NCBI GenBank assembly: GCA_028715115.1
Contig: JAQUSN010000002.1
Coordinates: 4,944-68,943, forward strand
DNA from: Patescibacteria group bacterium
Lineage (GTDB): Bacteria; Patescibacteriota; Patescibacteriia; UBA2591; UBA4787
DNA: 64,000 nucleotides
Reading direction: 5' to 3'
The notes beneath the pieces are model-generated. The model worked only from the letters and a program-made list of their open reading frames with translations. It had not been told where the DNA came from and made no database searches. Positions 15,706 to 25,037 of this stretch are shown here, piece after piece (position 1 is the first letter of the stretch; every line of letters begins with the position of its first letter). The translations under genes and the position numbers were made by a program.

Positions 15706-16446
15706 ATGGTCGAGATAAAATTAGTCGCTACTATTTTTATTGGTATTGTCGCCGGATTTCTTGGCGCCGTTGCTGGCGGTGGTGGGTTGATTTCAATACC
15801 TTTTTTAATTTTTCTTGGCGTTCCTCCACAAATAACTTTAGCCACTAATAAATTTGGCGGTCTTGGTCTTAGTCTTGGCGGTTTATACAAATTTATTAAA
15901 GAAAAGCAAATCGTGTGGAAGTACGCCATTTTTTTGTCTATCGCCGGTATTTTGGGCAGCATTATTGGGTCGAAAATATTACTTTCTTCAAATATCGTCT
16001 TCCTTCAGAAATTAATTGGCGCTTCTTTGATTGTTTTGGTTCCGACTATATTTCTTAAAAAAGATTTTGGTATTGTAGAAAAAGAAGTTTCTAGCGCAAG
16101 AAAAATTTTAGGATGCTTTTTGTATTTTATTGTCGCGATAATAGCAAGTTTTTTGGGCGGCTTAGGCGGCATAAGCATGAGTATTGTTATTTTGTTTTTC
16201 GGTCTTTCGATAATTAAAGCCAATGCTACTGAGCTTTTTTCTTATTCGGCCTTTTCTTTGTCGGCAGTAATTATTTTTATTTTTAATAAGATTATTGATT
16301 ATCGAGTTGGCGTTGTGCTTTTTTTGGGCATGCTTATCGGCGGATATATAGGCGCCCATACGGCTATTAAAAAGGGCAATAAATGGGTTAAGGCTGTTTT
16401 TTCTATTGTTGTCGTTGCTTCGGCCGTTAAAATTCTTTTAAGTTAA
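15706..16446 (+). CDS. TauE/SafE family membrane transporter (sulfite exporter-like)
   Basis: Polytopic, with GGGLISIPFLIFLGVPPQITLATNKF. This is the TauE/SafE signature. Confidence 0.7.
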   Translation: MVEIKLVATIFIGIVAGFLGAVAGGGGLISIPFLIFLGVPPQITLATNKFGGLGLSLGGLYKFIKEKQIVWKYAIFLSIAGILGSIIGSKILLSSNIVFLQKLIGASLIVLVPTIFLKKDFGIVEKEVSSARKILGCFLYFIVAIIASFLGGLGGISMSIVILFFGLSIIKANATELFSYSAFSLSAVIIFIFNKIIDYRVGVVLFLGMLIGGYIGAHTAIKKGNKWVKAVFSIVVVASAVKILLS

Positions 16447-16526
16447 AATGTTTATTAATTATTTTTTTAATTAGTTTTTGCATAATAATTAATGGCATAT
16501 ATTTTGTTTATAATAAAGTAATTATT

Positions 16527-16871
16527 ATGATCGCATTAAAAAGAATTTATGAACCATATAAAAAGGATGACGGTTTCCGCGTCCTTGTCGATCGGCTTTG
16601 GCCGAGAGGTATTAGTAAAAGTAGGGCTAAAATTAATTTGTGGTTGAAAGATATCGGACCAAGTAATGAGTTAAGAAAATGGTTTTCTCATCGTGAAGAC
16701 AGGTGGATGGGGTTTAAGAAAAACTACAAGCAAGAACTCAGGGGGAAACAAGATTTACTAATTCAATTAGCGAACCTATCAAAAAAACGAAAGAAATTAA
16801 CCCTGCTTTACGGAGCTAAAGACGAGAAACATAATCAAGCGGTAGTTATAAAAGAAATGTTAAGACAATAA
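16527..16871 (+). CDS. DUF488 family protein
   Basis: RVLVDRLWPRGISK...LWLKDIGPS...LLYGAKDEKHN matches DUF488 (YeaO-like). Confidence 0.65.
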   Translation: MIALKRIYEPYKKDDGFRVLVDRLWPRGISKSRAKINLWLKDIGPSNELRKWFSHREDRWMGFKKNYKQELRGKQDLLIQLANLSKKRKKLTLLYGAKDEKHNQAVVIKEMLRQ

Positions 16872-16885
16872 ACAAAAGATTTTCT

Positions 16886-17770
16886 ATGGTCATGGCACTG
16901 GTGTTTGCCATCTTGGCTCCTTGCATTTGGGCGTTCATGAATGTTTTAGATAAATACGTGATTGTCCACAAAGTACAGAAGCCCTTAAGCTTTGCTGCCG
17001 TAGCCGGACTTGCCAATTTAACCATTGGCGTAGTCTTGGCGATTTTTTTGAACTGGTCTGATATTCAACTAAAAGATACTGTTTTTTCCGTTATTTCTGG
17101 AATTTTGTTTGGCGCGCAATTCTTTTTTTATTATTTGATTTTACAAAAAGAAGACGTTTCGCATTTTGTTGGCTTGTTATACATTTATCCGATTATTATT
17201 GCGATTTTGTCTTTTTTGTTATTGCATGAGCGATTGTCGCTTTTTAGCTATTTAGGCATGATTATTACTTTGAGCGGCATCGTTATTTTGTCAGTTCGTG
17301 TTAGCCAACTTAAATGGCAAACCGGCATCTGGATGCTTATTTCGATGATTGTAGTTGTGTCACTTTATGAATTCAATATAAAAGTATCTACGGAAAAATT
17401 ACCCGAATTAAATGGCGTATCTATTACCGGCATTTTTGCCGGGCTAACTGCTTTAACTATTTTATTCAAAAATGAAAATCGTCGTTGGTTTTGGTCAGAA
17501 TTAAAAAATATAAAATGGGCATATTTAATAGAGACCTTCACTTTTTTGGGAATTTTAACTACTTATTTAGCCATGTCCGGCCTTTCAGCGACAATCGTTT
17601 CTTCAATGGCTTCAATTCAGCCATTAGCAGTTTTGTTATTTGAAAGTGCAATGGAGAGAAAATTTGGTAAAATGACGCGCGATAAATCTTTTAGACATAA
17701 ATTATTGCCACTTAGTCTGGTCGTGGTTGGCATTTTCCTGTTATATTTGCCCGAAGCGCTTAAACGATAG
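16886..17770 (+). CDS. EamA/DMT family transporter
   Basis: 294 aa, ~10 TM, with a two-repeat EamA-like organisation. Confidence 0.65.
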   Translation: MVMALVFAILAPCIWAFMNVLDKYVIVHKVQKPLSFAAVAGLANLTIGVVLAIFLNWSDIQLKDTVFSVISGILFGAQFFFYYLILQKEDVSHFVGLLYIYPIIIAILSFLLLHERLSLFSYLGMIITLSGIVILSVRVSQLKWQTGIWMLISMIVVVSLYEFNIKVSTEKLPELNGVSITGIFAGLTALTILFKNENRRWFWSELKNIKWAYLIETFTFLGILTTYLAMSGLSATIVSSMASIQPLAVLLFESAMERKFGKMTRDKSFRHKLLPLSLVVVGIFLLYLPEALKR

Positions 17771-17908
17771 ATCTGGACTTTTCGTTTATTTTTGCTCTAG
17801 ATATCTCGGTTTTCAGTGTGGTGGGGTGGCAGAGTGCCTGCCTGTCCTGACTGCCGTCAGGTAGGCGGTAGGCAGGGACTATTACACTGGCTTGTCCCGC
17901 AATAGAGC

Positions 17909-17993
17909 GGAAGGGTGGCAGAGTGGACTATTGCACCGGTCTTGAAAACCGGAGTACCGCAAGGTACCGCGAGTTCGAATCTCGCCCCTTCCG
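17909..17993 (+). tRNA. tRNA-Ser (anticodon TGA), long variable arm
   Basis: Acceptor ggaaggg/cccttcc, anticodon loop cTTGAaa, variable hairpin agtaccgcaaggtac, T-arm gcgag-TTCGAAT-ctcgc, discriminator G, no encoded CCA. Confidence 0.75.
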
Positions 17994-18100
17994 CTCTGAT
18001 GCGGGGTCTTGAAAACCATCCGCTTACTGGCGGAAATCCCTGCCTGCCGGTAGGCAGGTCGCCCCCACCGCCAAGATATTTTTCGGTATTTAGATTTATT

Positions 18101-18138
18101 AGAAGTCGGCTCATTGTGAGTCGACTTCTGATGTTTTC
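18101..18138 (+). terminator. Rho-independent terminator after the tRNA-Ser region
   Basis: The stem agaagtcg pairs with cgacttct across a 13-nt loop, followed by tgatgttttct. Confidence 0.6.
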
Positions 18139-18156
18139 TGGCAAATTAATCGGGGA

Positions 18157-19671
18157 TTGACAAAAGAATATTTTTTTGCTTTAATGATATATATGAAGAA
18201 ATTAGTAGTGATTATTGCTTTATTAATTTTATCTCTCTCGAGCGCGAGGGATGTTTTTGCAGTAGCTACGCCGATTACCCAAACTATTTGGACGGCCAAT
18301 TTTACTTCAAAAAATTACGTTAATACCAGCAAAACCACCACTTATTGGCAATCTGGTTTTTATTCTTTACCGACTTCAAATGGGCAATATATTAATTCGG
18401 CTATTTTACAGACAAATGACATTTCTTTTAATCAGGACATTCTTCGTCTAACCATTTCTAATATTTCTAGCTTACCGGCCGGAACATCTATTATACCATA
18501 CGTTAGTTTTGACCAAAATGTAGTTCAGCATACATTAAGTTGGGGCCAAGCCTTTGCGCCGACAAATAGGACTCGAAAGCTGCATTTAACTTTATATTTT
18601 GCCACTAACGACGTTTTGGTTACGCCAAAATTATATACCATTTATTTGCAGGTCGAAATGCAAGATCGTTCGCCAAGCGGCGCGGCTTCAAGGGACAGTA
18701 AGAGAATTTCAAATTTAAAATCAATGGTTAACATAGTTGAACGTTATCATAAAGACTTTCAAGTCTATCCGATAGTTAACGTGGACAAGGACGAAAAAAC
18801 CGTTCAATGGGCTAGTTTAAGAAGCATTTTGGATTCGGCTACCAGTAATGGCTATAAGAAATATAATTCAGGTTTTATCGCCGAACCACAAGGCGTTGAT
18901 TCCGAATATCAATATGGCTATTTAACAGATAGTGGGGGATATAATTATCTTTTCTGGACACAATTAGAAGACAGCGCCAATTCAAAAAATGCTTGGCTGG
19001 GAACCGCTTTTGATGTGGTTTGTTCGCCGCCAATCTTTTGTTTATCCTCAACGAAGGTTACTTCAATATCCGAGGGTGGTAATAGCAGTAATAATTCTTT
19101 TCCTTCGCCTTATGTTCCAATAGTTCCGCTTCCAGAAGAAAATAATCAAAACCAAAACACAACTAATATGCCATCAGAATCAGAGAATAATCAAAACATT
19201 TTTCTCAGACAAGTGGGCGACTCAAGAGTTTGGTTATTTATTAACGACAGAGTTGTTTGGTTAAGAACGCCGCAGGTTTTTCAACGATTGGGCGGTGATT
19301 GGAACGATATTTTGCCGATTAAAAATCTAAATTCAAGGAAACTTTTAAAATTTGTTAAAAGTCAAAGTTCGCCGATGGTTTATTTGATCAATTCTGGCTT
19401 TAAGCGACCGATGCTGAATTTACAAATGCTTGGTTTTTATGGTAAGACAAATGAAATAGTTACGATTAGCGACGACCTAATTAATGCGTTGCCTGATGAT
19501 ACGTTAATTAGAGCAGTTGGCGATGATAAGGTTTATTTGTTTGATCAGGGAATTAAAAGGTGGATAACCACACCCGAAGCCATGGTTAATAATAATTTTA
19601 ATTTTAACGACATTATCCAGGTAAACCCGGCAGAGTTAAATTATTATCCAGACGGCAATCCGATTTTTTAA
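18157..19671 (+). CDS. Secreted hypothetical protein (signal peptide; Asn/Ser-rich)
   Basis: N-terminus MKKLVVIIALLILSLSSARDVFAVA. 504 aa with no recognised domain. Confidence 0.55.
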   Translation: MTKEYFFALMIYMKKLVVIIALLILSLSSARDVFAVATPITQTIWTANFTSKNYVNTSKTTTYWQSGFYSLPTSNGQYINSAILQTNDISFNQDILRLTISNISSLPAGTSIIPYVSFDQNVVQHTLSWGQAFAPTNRTRKLHLTLYFATNDVLVTPKLYTIYLQVEMQDRSPSGAASRDSKRISNLKSMVNIVERYHKDFQVYPIVNVDKDEKTVQWASLRSILDSATSNGYKKYNSGFIAEPQGVDSEYQYGYLTDSGGYNYLFWTQLEDSANSKNAWLGTAFDVVCSPPIFCLSSTKVTSISEGGNSSNNSFPSPYVPIVPLPEENNQNQNTTNMPSESENNQNIFLRQVGDSRVWLFINDRVVWLRTPQVFQRLGGDWNDILPIKNLNSRKLLKFVKSQSSPMVYLINSGFKRPMLNLQMLGFYGKTNEIVTISDDLINALPDDTLIRAVGDDKVYLFDQGIKRWITTPEAMVNNNFNFNDIIQVNPAELNYYPDGNPIF

Positions 19672-19835
19672 GTATTTTATCTATAAAAATAAGATGACGC
19701 CCAAAAGAGCGTCTTTTATTCTAGCCTCAATATCCTTCGGCCTACTTGCCGTTAGGCGGGTCTGTTGCGAGGTAATCGATTAATCTAGACAAAGAAGCAA
19801 GAATAGTTTATAATGGTTATGCAAAATAACAATTT

Positions 19836-20063
19836 ATGAACGAAATTAAAATAGGCAAATATCAACATTATAAAGGTAAGTGTTACGAAGTTATTGGCTT
19901 AGCTTGCCACAGCGAAACATTTAAAGAATTAGTTGTTTATCGGGCGCTTTTCGATTCTCCGGAATTTGGCCATAATGCTTTGTGGGTCAGGCCAGCGAAA
20001 ATGTTTTGCGAAGAGGTTGAGGTTAATGGTCAGAAAGTTCCTAGATTTAAACATCTTGGTTAA
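19836..20063 (+). CDS. DUF1653 family protein
   Basis: 75 aa. YQHYKGKCYEVIGLACHSETFKELVVYRALF matches DUF1653. Confidence 0.55.
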   Translation: MNEIKIGKYQHYKGKCYEVIGLACHSETFKELVVYRALFDSPEFGHNALWVRPAKMFCEEVEVNGQKVPRFKHLG

Positions 20064-20089
20064 AATTATAAATAGTGTAAAATAATTTT

Positions 20090-20536
20090 ATGACCGAAAA
20101 TAGAAAAATTGGCGCTGGGATCGGTATTATGATTTTAAAAGATGGCAAAGTTTTACTTGGTCATCGCCACGAAGACGCGGAAAAAGCTTCAAGCGCTTTA
20201 CATGGTGAAGGCACCTGGACTATGCCTGGTGGAAAACTAGATTTCGGTGAGAGCTTTGAAGATGGTTGCCGGCGCGAGGTAAAAGAAGAAATTGGAGTTA
20301 AAATAAACTCTTTTAATTTAATCAGTGTCACCAACGACGTTCGACCTGATGCGCATTTTGTGACTATGGGCTTTTTGTGTGATGATTTTACCGGTGAGCC
20401 TAAAATTATGGAGCCCGACGAAATCACAGAGTGGCGTTGGTTTGAGCTGGATAAATTGCCTTCGCCGATTTTTCCGCCCAGCATGGCGATTATTAAAAAC
20501 TATTTAGCTAAAAAAGTTTATCAACCCTATTTATAA
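20090..20536 (+). CDS. NUDIX hydrolase
   Basis: Nudix box GGKLDFGESFEDGCRREVKEEIGV. Confidence 0.8.
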   Translation: MTENRKIGAGIGIMILKDGKVLLGHRHEDAEKASSALHGEGTWTMPGGKLDFGESFEDGCRREVKEEIGVKINSFNLISVTNDVRPDAHFVTMGFLCDDFTGEPKIMEPDEITEWRWFELDKLPSPIFPPSMAIIKNYLAKKVYQPYL

Positions 20537-20559
20537 ATAACCATTAAATTTTTAATTTT

Positions 20560-21075
20560 ATGGCCGAAGAAAAACAAACACAAAACGATGCTGAGATGGT
20601 CGATCGCGGTGAAAAATTAGTGGAATGGAACTTTACCGAATATGTTCATTATCAGCGCACTAGAGCTTGGTATGTCTTAATTAGTTTAATCGGCTTGGCT
20701 TTAATCATTTATTCGGTTTTAAGTAATAATTTCTTGTTTGCCTTAATCACGGTTTTAGTTATTATTATTTTGGTTTTACATTCGCGCCGCCAGCCTATGG
20801 ATTTAAGTTGCGCAATATTCGAAGATGGAATTCAGGTCGGCGGGAAATTTTATGAATGGGACAATATCAGAAGTTTTCGCATTGTTTATCGCCCGCCGCA
20901 GGCAAAATTATTATATATTGATTTAAAAAACTTTATGTTGTCGGATTTTTCTATTCCACTTAATGATCAAAATCCCCTTGAACTTCGCGATGCCTTAAAA
21001 CAATATTTAACCGAAGAATTAGATCGCCCGTATGAAAATATTACTGACAGAATTAATCGCTGGCTGAAAATTTAA
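20560..21075 (+). CDS. Hypothetical membrane protein (2 TM)
   Basis: 171 aa with two hydrophobic segments after an acidic N-terminus. Confidence 0.5.
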   Translation: MAEEKQTQNDAEMVDRGEKLVEWNFTEYVHYQRTRAWYVLISLIGLALIIYSVLSNNFLFALITVLVIIILVLHSRRQPMDLSCAIFEDGIQVGGKFYEWDNIRSFRIVYRPPQAKLLYIDLKNFMLSDFSIPLNDQNPLELRDALKQYLTEELDRPYENITDRINRWLKI

Positions 21076-21082
21076 AGATTAG

Positions 21083-21154
21083 GCTCCCATAGCTCAACGG
21101 ATAGAGTACAGGTTTGCGGAACCTGTGATAGAGGTTCGATTCCTCTTGGGAGCA
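21083..21154 (+). tRNA. tRNA-Arg (anticodon read as GCG)
   Basis: Acceptor gctccca/tgggagc, D-arm gctc-aacggata-gagt, anticodon stem caggt/acctg with loop ttGCGga, T-arm agagg-ttcgatt-cctct. Confidence 0.6.
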
Positions 21155-21207
21155 TATAATCAAAAAGAGCCTTTTGGCTCTTTTTGTATTTTAATTTTAT
21201 TTTTATC

Positions 21208-21286
21208 TGGCGGTCCGTACGGGATTTGAACCCGTGATCTTCGCCGTGACAGGGCGACGTGTTAAACCGGGCTACACCAACGGACC
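21208..21286 (-). tRNA. tRNA-Asp (GTC), CCA encoded
   Basis: The reverse complement gives ggtccgt...tcgcc-ctGTCac-ggcga...acggacc-g-cca with T-loop ttcaaat. Confidence 0.8.
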
Positions 21287-21314
21287 ATCGTAATCAATTC
21301 GTAATTCGTAGTAG

Positions 21315-21659
21315 TTATTTTACTGATTCAACTAGTTTTTGGAAAACAGCAGGGCAGTTCATTGCTAGTTCGGCCAAAACCTTGCGGTCAAGTTCAATAT
21401 TATTTTTCTTTAAAGCGTTAATAAGGCTAGAATATTTAGTGCCATTTTCTCGGCAAGCGGCGTTTATTTTAATTTGCCAAAGAGCGCGAGCCGCTCTTTT
21501 TTTGTTACGGCGATCGCGATAGGCATAGCTGCCGGCTTTATAAACGGCGACTTTGGCCAATTTAATTTTGCTTTTTCTGCCCCACCTATAGCCCTTAGTT
21601 TTTTTAAGTAGGTTTTTTCGACGTTTTAAGTGTAGCTTTCCTCTTTTAATTCTAGACAT
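21315..21659 (-). CDS. rplT: 50S ribosomal protein L20
   Basis: MSRIKRGKLHLKRRKNLLKKTKGYRWGRKS... Confidence 0.9.
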   Translation of the reverse strand: MSRIKRGKLHLKRRKNLLKKTKGYRWGRKSKIKLAKVAVYKAGSYAYRDRRNKKRAARALWQIKINAACRENGTKYSSLINALKKNNIELDRKVLAELAMNCPAVFQKLVESVK

Positions 21660-21685
21660 AAAATATTCTGAAATTTTTAAATTAA

Positions 21686-21871
21686 TTAAACAGAACGAAG
21701 AATAGTTTTTTTGAAAGATTTTGACATTTCCAGATTACGGCGTTTGTTTTTAGTAACTCTTGAAGATTCTTTGGCGTTAAAATGATTTTGTCCGCAAGCT
21801 TTGTGAAAAATTTTAGACTTTTTTGTCAGTTTTACTCTTTTACTGATAATGTTTTTTGTTTTCATGGCCAT
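21686..21871 (-). CDS. rpmI: 50S ribosomal protein L35
   Basis: Small basic protein MAMKTKNIISKRVKLTKKSKIFHKACGQNHF. It lies in the conserved infC-rpmI-rplT operon order. Confidence 0.85.
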   Translation of the reverse strand: MAMKTKNIISKRVKLTKKSKIFHKACGQNHFNAKESSRVTKNKRRNLEMSKSFKKTILRSV

Positions 21872-21883
21872 AATATTTTTAGA

Positions 21884-22381
21884 TTACTTACGGGCAATGA
21901 TAATATTTAATTTGTTGCCCAGACGAGCAATGGGTTGCTCTATTATAATATCTTCACCCAATAAGGCAATTAATTCGTTAATATTTTTTTCTCCTATATT
22001 TTGATGCATTCTTTCCCGACCTCGCAAGAACATTTCAATGCGGATTTTATCTCCTTCTTCGAAGAATTTTTTTGCTTGTTTGGCCTTAACTTCAAGATCA
22101 TGCTTGCCGGTGCGCGGCGAAAGGCGAATACACTTTATCTCAGCTTTTTTGGTTTTTTTGACTTTATCTTTTTTGGTTTCTTCGTAACGGAATTGTCCGA
22201 AGTCCATAATTTTAGCAATAGGTGGATTTTGTGTGGGGTTGATTTCCACTAGGTCTAATCCTTTTTCTTTGGCTTTTTCTAGCGCTTCTTCGATGCTGAC
22301 CACGTTCAAAAAATTGCCCTCTTCGTCAATAAGTCGGACTTGTGGAGCCCTGATTCGATTGTTGATGCGATAATACTTCAA
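21884..22381 (-). CDS. infC: Translation initiation factor IF-3
   Basis: INNRIRAPQVRLIDEEGNFLNVV...IAKIMDFGQFRYEETKK. The true start may be a non-ATG codon. Confidence 0.9.
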   Translation of the reverse strand: MKYYRINNRIRAPQVRLIDEEGNFLNVVSIEEALEKAKEKGLDLVEINPTQNPPIAKIMDFGQFRYEETKKDKVKKTKKAEIKCIRLSPRTGKHDLEVKAKQAKKFFEEGDKIRIEMFLRGRERMHQNIGEKNINELIALLGEDIIIEQPIARLGNKLNIIIARK

Positions 22382-22445
22382 AATTAATAGATTACAACTT
22401 AGTAGGAGATTCTATTTTAATAGACAGTTAAATTTTAGTCAATAG

Positions 22446-22694
22446 TTAAGACGCGATAAATGCCTCTTTTCTTTTGCGTCGCCATGATTTGATAAGAATT
22501 TCTTTTTTCAAGGCAGACGATCGATTCGGGTGTTTTTCGTTATAAACCAATTTAACCGGCCCTCTGGTTTTAGTGTAATGAGCGCCAAGTCCTTGGTTAT
22601 GATCTTTAATCCTTTTATCAATATCTATTGTTATCCCGGTATATAGAGAATTGTCGCGGCAACGAACAATATATATAAACCAGGGTTTAGACAT
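22446..22694 (-). CDS. GIY-YIG nuclease family protein
   Basis: WFIYIVRCRDNSLYTGITIDIDKRIKDHNQG. Confidence 0.75.
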   Translation of the reverse strand: MSKPWFIYIVRCRDNSLYTGITIDIDKRIKDHNQGLGAHYTKTRGPVKLVYNEKHPNRSSALKKEILIKSWRRKRKEAFIAS

Positions 22695-22783
22695 ATTAAA
22701 AGCATTAATGCTGCCCTTCTTCGCCTATCGGCGAATCCGGGCACTCAGTTTTCCTAAAAATTTTATGAAAATTTTTGGAAAAC

Positions 22784-23133
22784 TGGTGGAGATGGCGGGT
22801 ATTGCACCCGCGTCCGTAGGTTAAGAAATAAAAACACTTACTTTCATATTCTGGTTTGTTTCTCGATCAGAGCGTAAGAACCAGACAAAAACGCTCCAAC
22901 CAGAGCCCAGATTTTCTAAACTACCTGACCGAGGGCGCAATCAAATAGTCGATCCTGCTGAATAAAGCCGAGAGTACTAGCAGGAGTCACGCTCTCGACT
23001 CACTACCTAACAAAAATTAGGCAGTGGCAAATGCAAAGTTATTGGCATTTGTAATTGCGAGAGAATAACGGTAACTCTCAAACGGAAAGCCGTTTTTATT
23101 TCTTGTGAGCCTCGTCAATTTTTAAACATCCCC
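22784..23133 (-). ncRNA. ssrA: tmRNA (ssrA), ~350 nt, candidate tag (A)NNFAFATA
   Basis: The minus strand reads 5' GGGGATGTTTAAAAATTGACGAGG... (compare GGGG...AUUCGACGGG). Its 3' end is tRNA-like: ...GGACGCGGG-TGCAATA-CCCGCCATCTCCACCA. An internal ORF gcc aat aac ttt gca ttt gcc act gcc TAA is present. It lies adjacent to smpB. Confidence 0.85.
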
Positions 23134-23277
23134 ATATATAAAGAGGGCATTAAGCCCTGTGTTGTCAGCTCCGCTATTCGCCCTTGCCTTCGCTGGTTAG
23201 TGAATGGCGGATCAGAAAAGAAAAAATATTTTTCTTTTCTTCGTTTGCTTGACTATTTAAAGAACTTTTGAGCTGAT

Positions 23278-23727
23278 TTAATAATTTTTTAAGGCTTGCT
23301 GGATTTTGCGGTCAGTATCTCTTTTTTTAAGGTCTTCGCGTTTATCATGTTTTTTCTTGCCCTTGGCTAGACCGATTTCTATCTTTACCAGGCCACCTTT
23401 AGTATACACCTTAATAGGGATGATTGTCAAGCCCTGGGTTTTAGCCTTAGTGCTTAATTTAATTAATTCATGTTTTTTAAGCAATAATTTACGAGACCTA
23501 GTCGGATCATAATTTTGTTGGACTTGTTTGGCCGGCGCATAAGCAGAAATATTAGCGTTAATCAGCCAGGGGGTTAAGGTTTTATCAATGGCAATATAGC
23601 TGCCGCCCAAGTCGAGAGAGCCACGTTTGGCAGATTTAACCTCTGGGCCGGTAAGCAAAAGACCGGCTTCATAAGCCTCTAGAATTTCGTAATCAAAATT
23701 AGCTTTTTTATTATAAACTGGATTCAT
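23278..23727 (-). CDS. smpB: SsrA-binding protein SmpB
   Basis: 149 aa. KKANFDYEILEAYEAGLLLTGPEVKS...KKHELIKL...IIPIKVY. Confidence 0.9.
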   Translation of the reverse strand: MNPVYNKKANFDYEILEAYEAGLLLTGPEVKSAKRGSLDLGGSYIAIDKTLTPWLINANISAYAPAKQVQQNYDPTRSRKLLLKKHELIKLSTKAKTQGLTIIPIKVYTKGGLVKIEIGLAKGKKKHDKREDLKKRDTDRKIQQALKNY

Positions 23728-23868
23728 ATGATGATTTTAGCGCATTTGACAGATTTTATCAAGACAATTACTATAATTATAGTATAGGGCATTTTTGGCT
23801 TTACTTGTTTCGCCGATTTTATTATAATATTACTTGGCCTTATAATATTATTAAAACATTACTCATTT

Positions 23869-25011
23869 ATGCGTATTGGTATAGATTGTCGGACAATTTT
23901 AAATCCTGATCACGGCGAGGGCGCGGGTATTGGTCATTATACTTATCAGTTAGTGCGGCATTTATTAATGATTGATAAAAAAAATGACTATTTTTTGTTT
24001 TTTGATCGTAGTATTGAGAAGCGTCGGTTGGATAAATTTAAAAAAGAAAACGTTTTCATAAAATTTTTCCCATTCAGTCAGTATAAAAGATTTTTACCGA
24101 GCAGTTATAGTAATTTTTTAACCAGCGCAAATTTGATGAAATTTAAGCTAGATGTTTTTCATTCTCCTGCGTTAAATTTGCCCCTAGCTTATCCCGGCAA
24201 CACCATAGTGACTGCTCATGATTTAGCGATTTATAAATTCCCCGAGCTTTATACCAATCGTCAAGCAAGTTCCCTTAAGAATGTTATTCCGCAAATTGTT
24301 CAAAAAGCAAAAAAAATTATTGCTGTTTCTCAAACCACCAAAAAAGATTTAATAGATCTTTTACAGGTAGACAAAGACAAGATAAAAGTCATTTATCACG
24401 GCCTTGATAAAAGATTTTTAAGAAATACTTCACGTCAAGACATTGATCGGGTAAAAAATAAATTAAATATAAAAGGAGAATATTTATTATTTTTGGGCAC
24501 TTTAGAAAAAAGGAAAAATATTATTCGCATTATCGAAGCCTATGAAAGATTAAGAGAAAAAATTAATAATGGTTATAAATTAGTTTTAGCCGGTTCGCCG
24601 GGCTTCGGATTCAAAGAGATTAAGAAAAAGACAAGTCAATCAAAATATAAAAACGACATTATTGTCACGGGTTACATTATGCCAGATGACGTCGATCCTT
24701 TATTTGAAGGAGCCAAAATTTTTATTTTTCCAACTCTTTATGAGGGCTTTGGTTTGCCAGTTATCGAGGCCATGGCTGATCGCGTACCCGTTATCACTAG
24801 TAATATTTCTTCTTTACCAGAGACCAGTGGTGGCAATGCGCTATTAGTTGATCCATACAATGTTTCGGAAATTTATCGGGCAATTTTAGAAATTTTGACT
24901 AAACCAGGGTTGACTCAAGAGTTGCGGCGCGAAGGCATAAAATGGGTTGCGCAATTTGATTGGGAGGCTACGGCCAGAGAAACATTAGATGCCTATCAAC
25001 AAGCAGTTTAA
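23869..25011 (+). CDS. Glycosyltransferase family 4 (GT-B, glycosyl transferase group 1)
   Basis: C-terminal EGFGLPVIEAMA motif. 380 aa. Confidence 0.8.
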   Translation: MRIGIDCRTILNPDHGEGAGIGHYTYQLVRHLLMIDKKNDYFLFFDRSIEKRRLDKFKKENVFIKFFPFSQYKRFLPSSYSNFLTSANLMKFKLDVFHSPALNLPLAYPGNTIVTAHDLAIYKFPELYTNRQASSLKNVIPQIVQKAKKIIAVSQTTKKDLIDLLQVDKDKIKVIYHGLDKRFLRNTSRQDIDRVKNKLNIKGEYLLFLGTLEKRKNIIRIIEAYERLREKINNGYKLVLAGSPGFGFKEIKKKTSQSKYKNDIIVTGYIMPDDVDPLFEGAKIFIFPTLYEGFGLPVIEAMADRVPVITSNISSLPETSGGNALLVDPYNVSEIYRAILEILTKPGLTQELRREGIKWVAQFDWEATARETLDAYQQAV

Positions 25012-25037
25012 TTTATTAATTTTTTAATTTAAAATTT

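Noticed and set aside
17857-18160. ORFs 17857-18144 (-) and 17915-18160 (+)
   Set aside because: They overlap the tRNA-Ser gene and its structured flanks and terminator, so they are spurious.
21259-22252. ORFs 21259-21522 (+) and 22001-22252 (+)
   Set aside because: They are antisense to rplT and infC respectively.
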